The notes below the pieces were generated by a model, which worked only from the letters and a program-made list of their open reading frames with translations, did not search any database and had not been told where the DNA came from. From a virus: a stretch of 64,000 nucleotides of DNA. The stretch's first letter is position 1. Every line of letters starts with the position of its first letter. Both the position numbers and the translations under genes were made by a program. Positions 29,258 through 39,500 of this stretch are shown here, piece by piece. The stretch is from positions 1-64,000 of IMG/VR virus record IMGVR_UViG_3300025704_001538. The stretch is one strand, 5' to 3'.

Positions 29258-30268
29258 TTAATTAGTTTTTCTAAATCTTCTTTTTTCTTTTCTTGTAAGT
29301 TTCATAAAAGGTGTCAAGAAATACACCCATGCGTTGTCTGTTTTAGGTAAGTACTTAAAAATCCCGTCATCCATCATCATTCTCATAAGATTTTGATATC
29401 CCCGACCTTCAGGGTCAATATCTTCTTTATAATAAAGTTCAACGAGTTCCCTTGCTTCGTCAGTTAACAAAGGTAAGGATAAATCCACTAAACTTCTATT
29501 AATAACATAGAATTCTTCACCATATACCCCCCTTTTTGTTTTACCTGAAAGTAAATTTTGTAATGCTCTGTTATCTTTGTCATTTTCGTGTAGTTGTTCA
29601 CCCTTCTGTAAAATATCGTCAACACTAACGACAGAATCAACTATCTCAGGAAAAAGTTTTACAAATGTTTTTTCACCAAAATAATATATCCCGTCAATAT
29701 TATCAGACTTATCACCTGATATTATTTTAAATGTTGTAACATTCTGATGAGGTATAGAAATATCTTTAAGTTTTACCTTATCACCAAACTTAATCATTTG
29801 TTTTTGAGTTGGTGAGTAGACTTGTACTCTTTCGGAAATTAGTTGTGTTAAGTCTTTATCCGCCGAGAATATTGTTTTGTTTTCATCTTCAGATATTTGA
29901 CAGTAGTATGCTATCATATCGTCCGATTCATTACCATCAACAACAACCTGACGAATAAACATCTCTTCCAAGTACTCTTTCACTCTCTTTTGTTGCCAAT
30001 TAAAAGATTGTTTTTGGATATCGTTTAGTCTGTTATAACGACGATTCTCTTTGTATTCAGGAAAAATCTTTTTCCTTTGATTAGAGTTGTCATTGCCGTC
30101 CCAAAAAACAATAACCTTATCGTAGTTGTATTCGGATATAAATCGTCTAATTGTATTCACAAAGTGGTAGATTCCACCTATGTGATTACCCTTATGGTAA
30201 TATTCCCGAACACCGTGATATCCAATCTTAAATAGATTGTTACCGTCCACTAATAAGGTTTTTGTCAC
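29258..30268 (-). CDS. 5'-3' exonuclease/flap endonuclease (T4 RNase H/PolI N-terminal-like)
   Basis: LLVDGNNL, YKENR, ESDDMIA, SADKDLTQL, GDKSDNIDG; GTG start. Confidence 0.92.
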   Translation of the reverse strand: MTKTLLVDGNNLFKIGYHGVREYYHKGNHIGGIYHFVNTIRRFISEYNYDKVIVFWDGNDNSNQRKKIFPEYKENRRYNRLNDIQKQSFNWQQKRVKEYLEEMFIRQVVVDGNESDDMIAYYCQISEDENKTIFSADKDLTQLISERVQVYSPTQKQMIKFGDKVKLKDISIPHQNVTTFKIISGDKSDNIDGIYYFGEKTFVKLFPEIVDSVVSVDDILQKGEQLHENDKDNRALQNLLSGKTKRGVYGEEFYVINRSLVDLSLPLLTDEARELVELYYKEDIDPEGRGYQNLMRMMMDDGIFKYLPKTDNAWVYFLTPFMKLTRKEKRRFRKTN

Positions 30269-30278
30269 TTGTTTTAAA

Positions 30279-31283
30279 TTACGCGATTAGACTATCTTCT
30301 TCCAACTTAAAATCACTACCTGTTCCAATAATATCTTTCCAATACTCAGAATGTTCTGACTTGTACTTTTCAATAGACTTCTTCTCTTCCGTTGAGTCTT
30401 TACCCGCTAAGAATCCATGAGCAGTTACAAGTATTCTACCATCTTCATATCCTAGTCCGTTAATGTGGTTTTTCATTACAGAGACTTTTGTTCTGCTAGC
30501 GAATTTTACTTTTCTTTTGTCTTTTACTGCAGTAATCTTCGTAGTTCCTGCATTCTTTTGATTACCAAACAAGAATACCATTGATGAGTTCAACCAAATC
30601 GCTTCACCACCCTTCGCCTTGATTTTAGGTTGTCCAAAAGGATTGTCGGGGAGTTCTACCCATGGTTGATTAACAATAACCAAAGTGTTTTCGTGTTTAG
30701 AGTCTGACCTACGTGAACCTGATATTCTTTGGTTAATACCCATTCCTATTTTGTCTGCGAGTACCGCAGCGTTGTGTTGTTTACCTCCTTTACCGTCATA
30801 AGTCATCTTACAAGGTACAGAACCTACCGAGTCCCAAAGGAAAAGAAGGTCATAATCCAAGTCTCCCTTTTCTTGCGCATCTAACAAAGAATTGATATAG
30901 TCTGTAATTTGCTCGATGTATTCAAAGTTGTTATTGAAGATAAAAAATCCATCCCAATCCAACTCTCCAGTTTCTTCATCCACTAATTCTTCACATTCAA
31001 AACCCATAAGTTTTGCGTGGTCAAACGACCATTTTTGTTCCGTAATGATAAATACTGGAAGAATACCTCTCTTTTGTGCGTCAACCGCCGCTTTAACCAA
31101 AGCAGTTGTTTTACCTGTGTCTGAATGACCCAAGAACATATTAAGATGTCCCATAGCAGGTCCAGGTACTCCTACGGCATCCAAAAAATCAGTGCCCAAG
31201 TCATAGAATCTTTGAGGTTTGAATTTTGCCGAAGAAGAAAACTGCTTCTTTATGTCTTTAAATGATTTTTTCTTAATTGCCAT
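30279..31283 (-). CDS. RecA/UvsX-like recombinase
   Basis: Walker A GHSDTGKT, FLWDSVG, IVNQ, KGGEA, KNH. Confidence 0.88.
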   Translation of the reverse strand: MAIKKKSFKDIKKQFSSSAKFKPQRFYDLGTDFLDAVGVPGPAMGHLNMFLGHSDTGKTTALVKAAVDAQKRGILPVFIITEQKWSFDHAKLMGFECEELVDEETGELDWDGFFIFNNNFEYIEQITDYINSLLDAQEKGDLDYDLLFLWDSVGSVPCKMTYDGKGGKQHNAAVLADKIGMGINQRISGSRRSDSKHENTLVIVNQPWVELPDNPFGQPKIKAKGGEAIWLNSSMVFLFGNQKNAGTTKITAVKDKRKVKFASRTKVSVMKNHINGLGYEDGRILVTAHGFLAGKDSTEEKKSIEKYKSEHSEYWKDIIGTGSDFKLEEDSLIA

Positions 31284-31324
31284 TGTATTTTGTTTTTTTC
31301 ATTACAAAAATTTCATAATGATAA

Positions 31325-31354
31325 AGATGGGAGAGTTGTTACACCCCCCCATCT
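31325..31354 (-). terminator. Possible hairpin terminator/attenuator after ssb
   Basis: Minus strand AGATGGGGGG...CTCTCCCATCT with G-U pairs and only a short U tract. Confidence 0.5.
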
Positions 31355-31369
31355 ATTGTTTTGTTTTTG

Positions 31370-32230
31370 TTAGAAAGGAAGGTCTTCGTCAACCTGCATT
31401 TTTGTTTGTGGGTCTTTTAATTCTTCAGTAGTTTCTGTCTTAGTAGTTGTAGTACCACCAATTGTTTCGGTAGTGTCGTCACCATAGACAAACTTCTTAA
31501 GTTCAGAATCCCATACAGGTGTCTCACCACGTGCAACCGCCTCAAGATACTCAATAGGTCTTTGTGCGTAAACGTCAGACCATGTCATACCATCTTCTAT
31601 CCATTCTTTCATTTGGTCCGCATCTCCACTTAAAGGACATGGGTCATCATACATGATTGTCTGAACAACGGTGTATTCAATTCCTGAATTAGTCTTAGAT
31701 TTAGATAGTTCGACAATGAGGTCACGACCTTCGTTACCATCCGTAACGTCTCCTTTTGCCCTCCAAATAGGAATGATTTTATCGAGAATACCCTCCTGCT
31801 TATAGTTGTCTTTAAATCTCCAAAACTTTACCCCGTCTTCTTCATTATCTCGGTCAATAACCTTCACAATGTAAAACTTACGAGGTCGGTATTGCATTGC
31901 CAACTTCTTATCCGCCTCTTTACCCGTAGACATGAGTTCTTCATATACTTCAGTTAGTGGTGAACGTTCTCCATCATTTTTTCCTGGGTCGTATAGTTTA
32001 ACCCATCGTCCATCAACTTGTACTTCGTGAAACCATACCTCCTTAAATGGTGATGAACCGTCAGGAGTGGGGAGTATTCTAATTCGTGATTGCCCTGATT
32101 TGGTTCCTTTAGGTAGATACGTAGTGTAGTATTTTTTAAGACGTTCTTGTTGCGTCATTCCGTCTCCACCACCGCGAGACTCTGTGTTTTTTTCGTACTG
32201 TGCCAGTACTGCGTCGAGTGCATTTGCCAT
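31370..32230 (-). CDS. Single-stranded DNA-binding protein (T4 gp32-like)
   Basis: RIRILP..PFKEVWFH, EGRDLIV, acidic C-terminus ending DEDLPF; adjacent to RecA. Confidence 0.8.
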   Translation of the reverse strand: MANALDAVLAQYEKNTESRGGGDGMTQQERLKKYYTTYLPKGTKSGQSRIRILPTPDGSSPFKEVWFHEVQVDGRWVKLYDPGKNDGERSPLTEVYEELMSTGKEADKKLAMQYRPRKFYIVKVIDRDNEEDGVKFWRFKDNYKQEGILDKIIPIWRAKGDVTDGNEGRDLIVELSKSKTNSGIEYTVVQTIMYDDPCPLSGDADQMKEWIEDGMTWSDVYAQRPIEYLEAVARGETPVWDSELKKFVYGDDTTETIGGTTTTKTETTEELKDPQTKMQVDEDLPF

Positions 32231-32275
32231 AATTTTTTTCTTTTATTCGTTAAATTTTTATCTATTACTCAATGT

Positions 32276-32306
32276 AAAATATAACAACGAAAAACACTAA
32301 GTCAAA
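32276..32306 (-). promoter_or_regulatory. Host-sigma-type promoter for the replication block
   Basis: Minus strand TTTG(ACT)-19 nt-TATATTTT, close to Bacteroidota TTTG/TAnnTTTG and to TTGACT-16-TATATT. Confidence 0.5.
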
Positions 32307-32316
32307 TGATACACAT

Positions 32317-32347
32317 AAAAAAGGACCATCAATATGGTCCTTTTTTT
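32317..32347. terminator. Intrinsic terminator
   Basis: A6-GGACCAT-CAAT-ATGGTCC-T7. Confidence 0.85.
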
Positions 32348-32621
32348 ATTCTGATATGTCAGTACGAACTATTAGAACCCCTTCTTCCGTTGGGTGTTTT
32401 TCAATCACCCATGTGATACCGTTCCAATCTGTCCATTTTTCACCGACTTTAATTGTACTCTCCCAATACTTTATAGGGTATTGTCCGTCCCAATATGTGG
32501 GAATCATTGCGTCAAATCCAAATTTACTAGGATTTTTGTATACTTTTGTTGGGATTGTATTATAACATCCCGAAAATAAAAAAGTAATTAATATTAATAG
32601 TATTTTATAATCTATCTTCAT
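32346..32621 (-). CDS. Putative lipoprotein (91 aa; start re-assigned to 32621)
   Basis: MKIDYKILLILITFLFSG-C: basic N-region, hydrophobic core, lipobox FSGC. Confidence 0.7.
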   Translation of the reverse strand: MKIDYKILLILITFLFSGCYNTIPTKVYKNPSKFGFDAMIPTYWDGQYPIKYWESTIKVGEKWTDWNGITWVIEKHPTEEGVLIVRTDISE

Positions 32622-33237
32622 CTTCAAATGGTTTATCAAAAGACTTTTTGATATCACCATCAGAATAACTTTCAACATCGTCAGAGGTTAAAACGTATTC
32701 GTTTTTACCTGTTTGTTCTAACTCATCTTGTTTGTCCATAAAGAAGTCTGTTAGTTTTTGATTGTATGGATAACTATCAAGACTTCTCAACTGTAATTTT
32801 TCTTCAGGTGATTTTTGTCTGTATTTTTCAACTTTTTGTTCTAAGTCGTTAATCTTATTTAAGATAGTGTCCATCTCACCTAATTTAGAAGTTAAATCAT
32901 CTAACTTACTAAACATATTCTCCATATACTCATCCTGTTTGTCAGAAATATCTTTCTGAGTTGTTACTAAATCTGTAATGTCTAACTCCTCAACACCACC
33001 TTCATCAGTAATATCGACACTTTCATCTCCAACAACTTCAACATCTGGGTCACTATCAACGTCTACAGGTTCAGGAACTTCCTCAACATTTGTTTCGGTA
33101 TCTACACCCATTTCCAAATTTTCATCACCACCTTCATCAGGTAGTGGGGGTAATTCAGTATCTTCCTGCTCAATGATATAATTAGTTATCTTATTATATC
33201 TTTCAATTTCATTTATAATTTTTTTATCTATAGACAT
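32605..33237 (-). CDS. Acidic coiled-coil protein, possible head scaffold/internal protein (210 aa)
   Basis: Leader KKIINEIERYNKITNYIIEQE, very acidic middle, heptad-rich C-half. Confidence 0.6.
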   Translation of the reverse strand: MSIDKKIINEIERYNKITNYIIEQEDTELPPLPDEGGDENLEMGVDTETNVEEVPEPVDVDSDPDVEVVGDESVDITDEGGVEELDITDLVTTQKDISDKQDEYMENMFSKLDDLTSKLGEMDTILNKINDLEQKVEKYRQKSPEEKLQLRSLDSYPYNQKLTDFFMDKQDELEQTGKNEYVLTSDDVESYSDGDIKKSFDKPFEDEDRL

Positions 33238-33248
33238 TTTTCTAATTT

Positions 33249-33473
33249 TTAACCATTTAATAATGTTTTTACGCCATGTCGTGTCTCAACTTTCATAGTT
33301 CTATTAACCTTCATAGTGTTATCAACTCTTTCAATTAAACCATCTCTCATTCTGACGGTATAACAATCTCCAGTATCTAAATCACAAACTTCTTTATAAC
33401 CATCACCATTATCTCTTTCAGTAATTCTACTATCTTTTTGTAGGTAGTCGTCTAATAAATTTTTAATGTTCAT
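33249..33473 (-). CDS. Small hypothetical protein (74 aa; start re-assigned to 33473)
   Basis: MNIKNLLDDYL..VCDLDTGDC; TATTTAT motif at 33489-33495 lies upstream of this ATG. Confidence 0.65.
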   Translation of the reverse strand: MNIKNLLDDYLQKDSRITERDNGDGYKEVCDLDTGDCYTVRMRDGLIERVDNTMKVNRTMKVETRHGVKTLLNG

Positions 33474-33488
33474 TTGTAATCTTTTTAT

Positions 33489-33495
33489 ATAAATA
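33489..33495 (-). promoter_or_regulatory. TATTTAT motif (putative late promoter)
   Basis: 15 nt upstream of the ATG at 33473. Confidence 0.55.
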
Positions 33496-33514
33496 TGTTT
33501 ATTGTTAGGAATAT

Positions 33515-36500
33515 TCAACTTTCACCTCTCTGTATCACAGATTTAAATATATCTAACCACTGTTCATAATTAGTTTTGAATTTTTCGTTGGTTTGTTTTT
33601 GATAATTAACCTCTTTTATAATATCAGATGCACTTCCGTTAATTGTCGGATTAGAGTAAATATTACTCATATAAACAGTTGTTAAAGTTTTAGGTAATTC
33701 ATCTATAACTGCCCCTTGTTGTAGTACATCGTATATTGCATCGGCCATGGGTCCGATTGGGTTAAGTGTTGCTCTCATAAAATCTAATGATTTTTCGATA
33801 TTATCAAATGATGCTATTGTTGTTAAAATCCCCCCATATTGTACACAAACCTGAGAATCGAAGAATTGGTCTCTATTAGTTACTAATATATCAGTTCTTA
33901 CATCCATAATATTGTTATTATAGCAATTTTCTCTGATTGACTGATTTTGTGTCGATATTCCGTATATTAATGTTTTTATCTTATCACTTGTAAAATCTTT
34001 ACTGTTAACATAATCAATAACTTCTTGCGCTTGTATTGGTGTTTTTACCATTTCGGTAAATGGTTTTTGAGGATATTTGGTAATCTCTTGTCCCTTTTCT
34101 TCTGGTCCTTGGGAGATGTTTTTCATCTTAGTTAATGCTAAATCATTTTCCGTCCCACCTGTTTTAGCGTTTGTTTCAATTTGTCTGACTTTCTCCTCCC
34201 ATTGTTTTAATAGCTGTCTATTAACACTAGCAACTAACTTATCAGGTGGTGATAGTGCAAATTTCGGTATTCTTACCCCGTCAAAATTAGTGGTAAAACC
34301 TCTATTAGTTATATTATGTGTTACATTCATAATTAAATACGGTCCATAAAATAAGGGTACGTTTGTTAGGTTAAAGTACATCGTGGGTTGTATCATAGCG
34401 TTACCCATAGACTGTACTTGACATGTATAACTTCTAGTTTTATAAAAATTATAAAGAGATTGAGATTGTTGAGCCACTTGTTGACCCGAAGCTTGAGAAC
34501 CTATGTCCTCCAATACTTGGAATGTCGGTCCAATATTTTTGTGTTGATTCATGTCTATAGAGACTGAGTTAAATACTCCCTGATTTCTTTTTCCGAAATC
34601 TACCTGAAATCCTACACATCTATTACTATCAGAATAGTTAGTTTTGTTTGTTTGATTTTCTCTTAATGGGCAATCCGATGGGTTTGTTATATCAAACGCG
34701 TCGTCACCTTTTCTAAAAGTATTATTCTGCCCTGTACCTAAATTAGAGGATGGTTCACCAACATAAATTCCAATCATTCTCGGTCTACTATCTCTAGTAT
34801 CGACTTCCATAAACGTACCGAATAGGTCATTCGGTATGTCTTGTGGTAATGGTTCATTTTTCTTAGTCCTATCATTTCTACCGTAGAAATTAGTATACGC
34901 GGGTGTTGGTATAAATGTAAAATTATTTTTTTGGTATATCAGACCTAATAACCCATAAACTGACATTTTGTCACTTCTACCTGTTATAAAACCTTCTAAT
35001 TCGGAAATATTTACAACTACCTTATCCCCCACCGGTCTGTTCGCTCTATCTAAAAATAAGAAGTCTTCAAAAATAGTTCTGTTTTTAAAGTCTTGACCTG
35101 CCACCCATTTATCATTAAGTGCTTGAAACGTTTTCCATAGTTCAAGTTTTGGTATATTTCCGTCTATCTTAGACAGTCCTAATGATTCTTCAGTAATAGA
35201 TACCGATGGTAAATCTCTATTCAATTTTATAAATATCTGATTTAGTATATCCTTTTGGAAGTTTTCTTGTTCCCCAAGGTACTCGTTAATTTCGTTTATA
35301 AAATTATCTTTATTCATCGTTTGGTCTTTCGACTTTTTAGATGCATAAATTTTTATGATAGGAGATAATAGTTGAACATTACTTTCAGTAAATTCAAATT
35401 CCATATCAACAAAAAAGTCGGTTAGATATGAGCCGTTATCTCCATACTTAAATCCTCCCTCGGAGAAATCTCCAACATATTCATACATTGCCTTCCACGC
35501 ACTCGGATAAGACGCCTTACTTGACCCTAAACTTACACCTCCACCTTCGGTAGGTAATGAGTTCTGTACATAGTTTCCAAAATTATAAGGGTCTTCAATT
35601 TTTTGTGACGATAATGTTGTTAATGAACCATAAACTTTATTATTATATTTCGATGGGTTTCCAATTTTAAGTATGATATCTTTATTTGTGAGTACGTCCA
35701 AATTATAGTTTATGAATTGTGTGCTTTGTGAGTTAGTTAAACTTTTCAATACATTGTCAAAATTTAACTGTTCACTAGGAGCATTAACCATTAATAAAGA
35801 TTTTAAAACTTCATGAATATTTAAATCATATTTATATAAATTAGGTCCATTGTATAAACTTTCCTGATTTTCATAAACCGATTTCCATCTACTCAGTTCA
35901 GTTGAAGGGACTTCTCCATTTTCATATTGACCCCTCACCTCTTCACTATTTATAAACTCTTCAAATGTTGTGTTTCCTCTGTTAACTAAGAATTGTGTTT
36001 TATTCGGTGGTTGACAAAAATTTAAAAAGTGTTGTTCAAATAAATCCAACATGTCTTTAGTAAAGACACCGAAAATATCATCTATCGATGAATAAGTTAA
36101 AGAAGTATCATTACCTAAATTAAACGCCTGTGTATTTTTATTTTCAGGGTTAATATGTTTTATATATTGATTAGGTTTTGGTTTATCAATCATTTCATTT
36201 GAGTAGTATCCGTAGTTTGAAGATGACCATAATGACCTTACCCCTCCATTATAAATCGATGGGTTTGTTGTTACATTTTGTTTGTGGTTACCAACCGCAT
36301 CAAAACATTCAAATCTTGTTTGATTAAATTTAGCTTCACCAAAAGAAGGTATTATTAGTACCTTATTTTCTTTATTCTCTCTAAAATCATAATTACCTAA
36401 AACATTAAAGTACTGTGACCATGTATTCATCTGATAATCGGTCTCAGGGTCTTTAGAAAGTTTTATTTTTGTTTTTGATGTCGTACCTATTTGTAATCCT

Positions 36501-39500
36501 TTTTCGGTTTGAGCGCTTTGTAGTTCTGACGATGAATACGTACTAAATACGTCTTTTTTGGTGAAGAAATAATAAACGTCATTCATCACTTTAGGGAAGA
36601 ATCCGTTTTGGACTCTTGTCGACTCAAGGTTTATCGTGACGTTCAAATCTCCCCCTAAAAATGCGGGGTCACCCTGATTCAGTTGTATTATATCGGTAAA
36701 TTGCTCATATTGTTTTATTGTGGTATTATCACCATTATAATCATTAAAACTATATGACTTAGACGTGTTGTTTGAAATGGGGTCATATGCGTTTACATAA
36801 TCGAAATCTTTCCATACATCATCTAAAATATCTATATTATCATTTTGATATTTTTTATATCTATGCCATATCGAACCATACTTTAATATGAAAGGGTATG
36901 GTAGTTTATGAATAGCCGAATACTTGTTTAATGTTGCAAAAATATAATTTAACTCTGTGGTTATTGTATTTGAGTTTGTTTTAAACTTTTCTTTTAGTGT
37001 GGATAAAGGTAAAGAATTTAAGTACAAATAACCTAAAGCGGTATATGGATTTTCAATTTCATTTTTTTCGTTTTCAACTCCTTTCATAATTGAGTTGATG
37101 AAATATGGTGTATTAAGTAGTGAAGTAGTTTGGTTTCTACTAATGTAATTCTCAGTTGTGTCATATTTTGTCCCATAATCAATAAAGGACTCTGTTAATA
37201 CTAAATCTTTTTGCATCCTAAGATTGTAGTAATTTATGACTTGAGCGTTTGTTAGGTAGTTTGTGTTTCCGTTAGAATTAATTGATGAGTCAAGGTCACT
37301 AGTCTCTTGTGTTGGTGAATTACTATAGTTTAATATCCATTCAAAATACGTGAATGGTTTTTTGTCATATGTTTTACCTATACTTGACTGACCTGATGAT
37401 TGTGAACCTAAATCCGCTAAAACATCAAAACCGTACTTAAAAGACGCGATACTCTTTTTGGTTGAGTTTATTGAAAACATTTTAGACGTGTCGTTACTTA
37501 ATTCAACTGAACTTATTTGTGACCCCTCTGATAAATTATTCTGTATCCATAATAAATTATTAAATGGGTAACCATCACTAAATGACATTTCGTCTGAGTA
37601 GCTAGCTTTAAGGTATTTTTCTAATTTATCTATATTTTCAACATTTGACTCAACTGTGGTACTATCTCCTTCTAAGTAACTTAAATCATATATTCCATAA
37701 TCATTTTCTAAATATGATTTTATATATGGCGTCGTAAACTCTCCCCTTGAGTGTAAATTCCAATTTGTACCTTGTCCGTTGTTGGAAATAGACTTCATAT
37801 ATCTCAACATATTTTCGTAACTAAATGCGAAGTTTTTTAATAGCTCGATTAACTCCGTTGAGTTAACAACTGATTCTTTAAGGTTATTATACTCAAAGTC
37901 ACTAACAACACTGTAAACCTCATCCCTATAACCACTTGATTTATAAAGGTTAGTATAATTACTACTTAATAAAGTTCTTTCAAATATTTCATATATAAAT
38001 GGAACTATGTTTAAGTCTGTATACGGTTGATTTTGGTTTGGGAACTCTATCGCATTTATACCCATAAATGGATTATCCTTTAACGTATTAGTTAAATCGA
38101 AGTCTATATTTCCTGACTCTTTCTGAGTAGCCCCTTTCATAAATTCTTCAACAAACCTAACCTCAGGCCATACCGTAGAAGAGAACGCTCTTAATTGTGA
38201 CGCGACAGTATAGTCACCAGGGTATGTGTCTTTTAGTTCTTCATTTCCGTCTTCATCTACTGAGTTAACAAAATACTGAGGCCAAGGATATACAATGGCG
38301 GTTTCTTGTTGTGGGTTATTAGTTGTCGGGGCATTACCACTATTTGTTTCAACTCCTTGTGATTTTTCAGGAGATAAAACGGCATTTCTTCTTATCGGGT
38401 TTTTTCTTTGTTCCCAAGATTCGTCATGTACTTGGTCCATTAATCTTAGGAACGCGTCTGCACTTGCCGATATAACAGCGATTATGTTTTTTATTGTAGG
38501 GTAAAATCCAAGACCCACGTTAGGACTTTTTATTTTTTCCGCCAACGCCTCAGACATCTTTTCTTCTACCATACTCCTCTTAGTCTCAAAGTCATCATTT
38601 AACCTCTGTAACTTACCCAAAAAACTAGTTATATTGTATTTTGTTTTACCGTATACATCCCCAAAGATGAAGAAGGTCCTCCTAAGCTGACTGTCCTCCA
38701 TTTCTAACGTCTCAGCGTTAACTTGGTATCCATTAATTGTCAGTTCTGTCTCTATCTCAACCTTTAGTGCCTCGACTTCCTGTTCTGTACCCGCTCTACC
38801 ATTTCTTACTTCAAACGTAGATTCATAATCGATATCATCGGGATTGGTTATTTGTGTTAAAAAATTATTGATTGATATTGTTGAGGTGAGCGTAGTTTCT
38901 AATTTTTTTCCGTGTATTTTTGCTTGTCCGTCACTACCAAACGTGGTATTATCATTTAGTTTTGTGTTATATTCCTTGATAATGGTGTCAAGTGAAGATA
39001 TAGAGTCACTTATGTTTTGTAGCGCAGTCTCTTCCTGATTTGTTAATTCTTTTTTTAACGGATATACTACCGCTGAGTTTGGGATGTTTAATATGAATGG
39101 TAGGTTTTTATCGATATTTTTTGTTTCCCAATTATCCGTTATTTGCCCGTATATCTTACTTTCATATTCTTTTAATGTTTTTCGATACAAATCAATATCG
39201 TTTAAGATTGCAAAATCTTCTTGTCCATACGCCTCCATTACATACCGTTCAAAGTTTTCCAACTTCATTAACATTTGACTTAACGTTAGTTCAGGGAAAT
39301 TTTCATCTATCAAACCTTTGGCCTTATATGAACTATAAACATTCTTTATCATATCATAACCTCTGGTAGATTTAATCCTCCTGACTTCTTGTAAACCCGA
39401 TTCATTACTGGTTGTGGTCTTTTCGGGACCTAACGTTGCGGTTCGTTCGTACATATGAGGTAATGCGAATAGAGAGTCTACTGATATATCTGAAAGAAGT

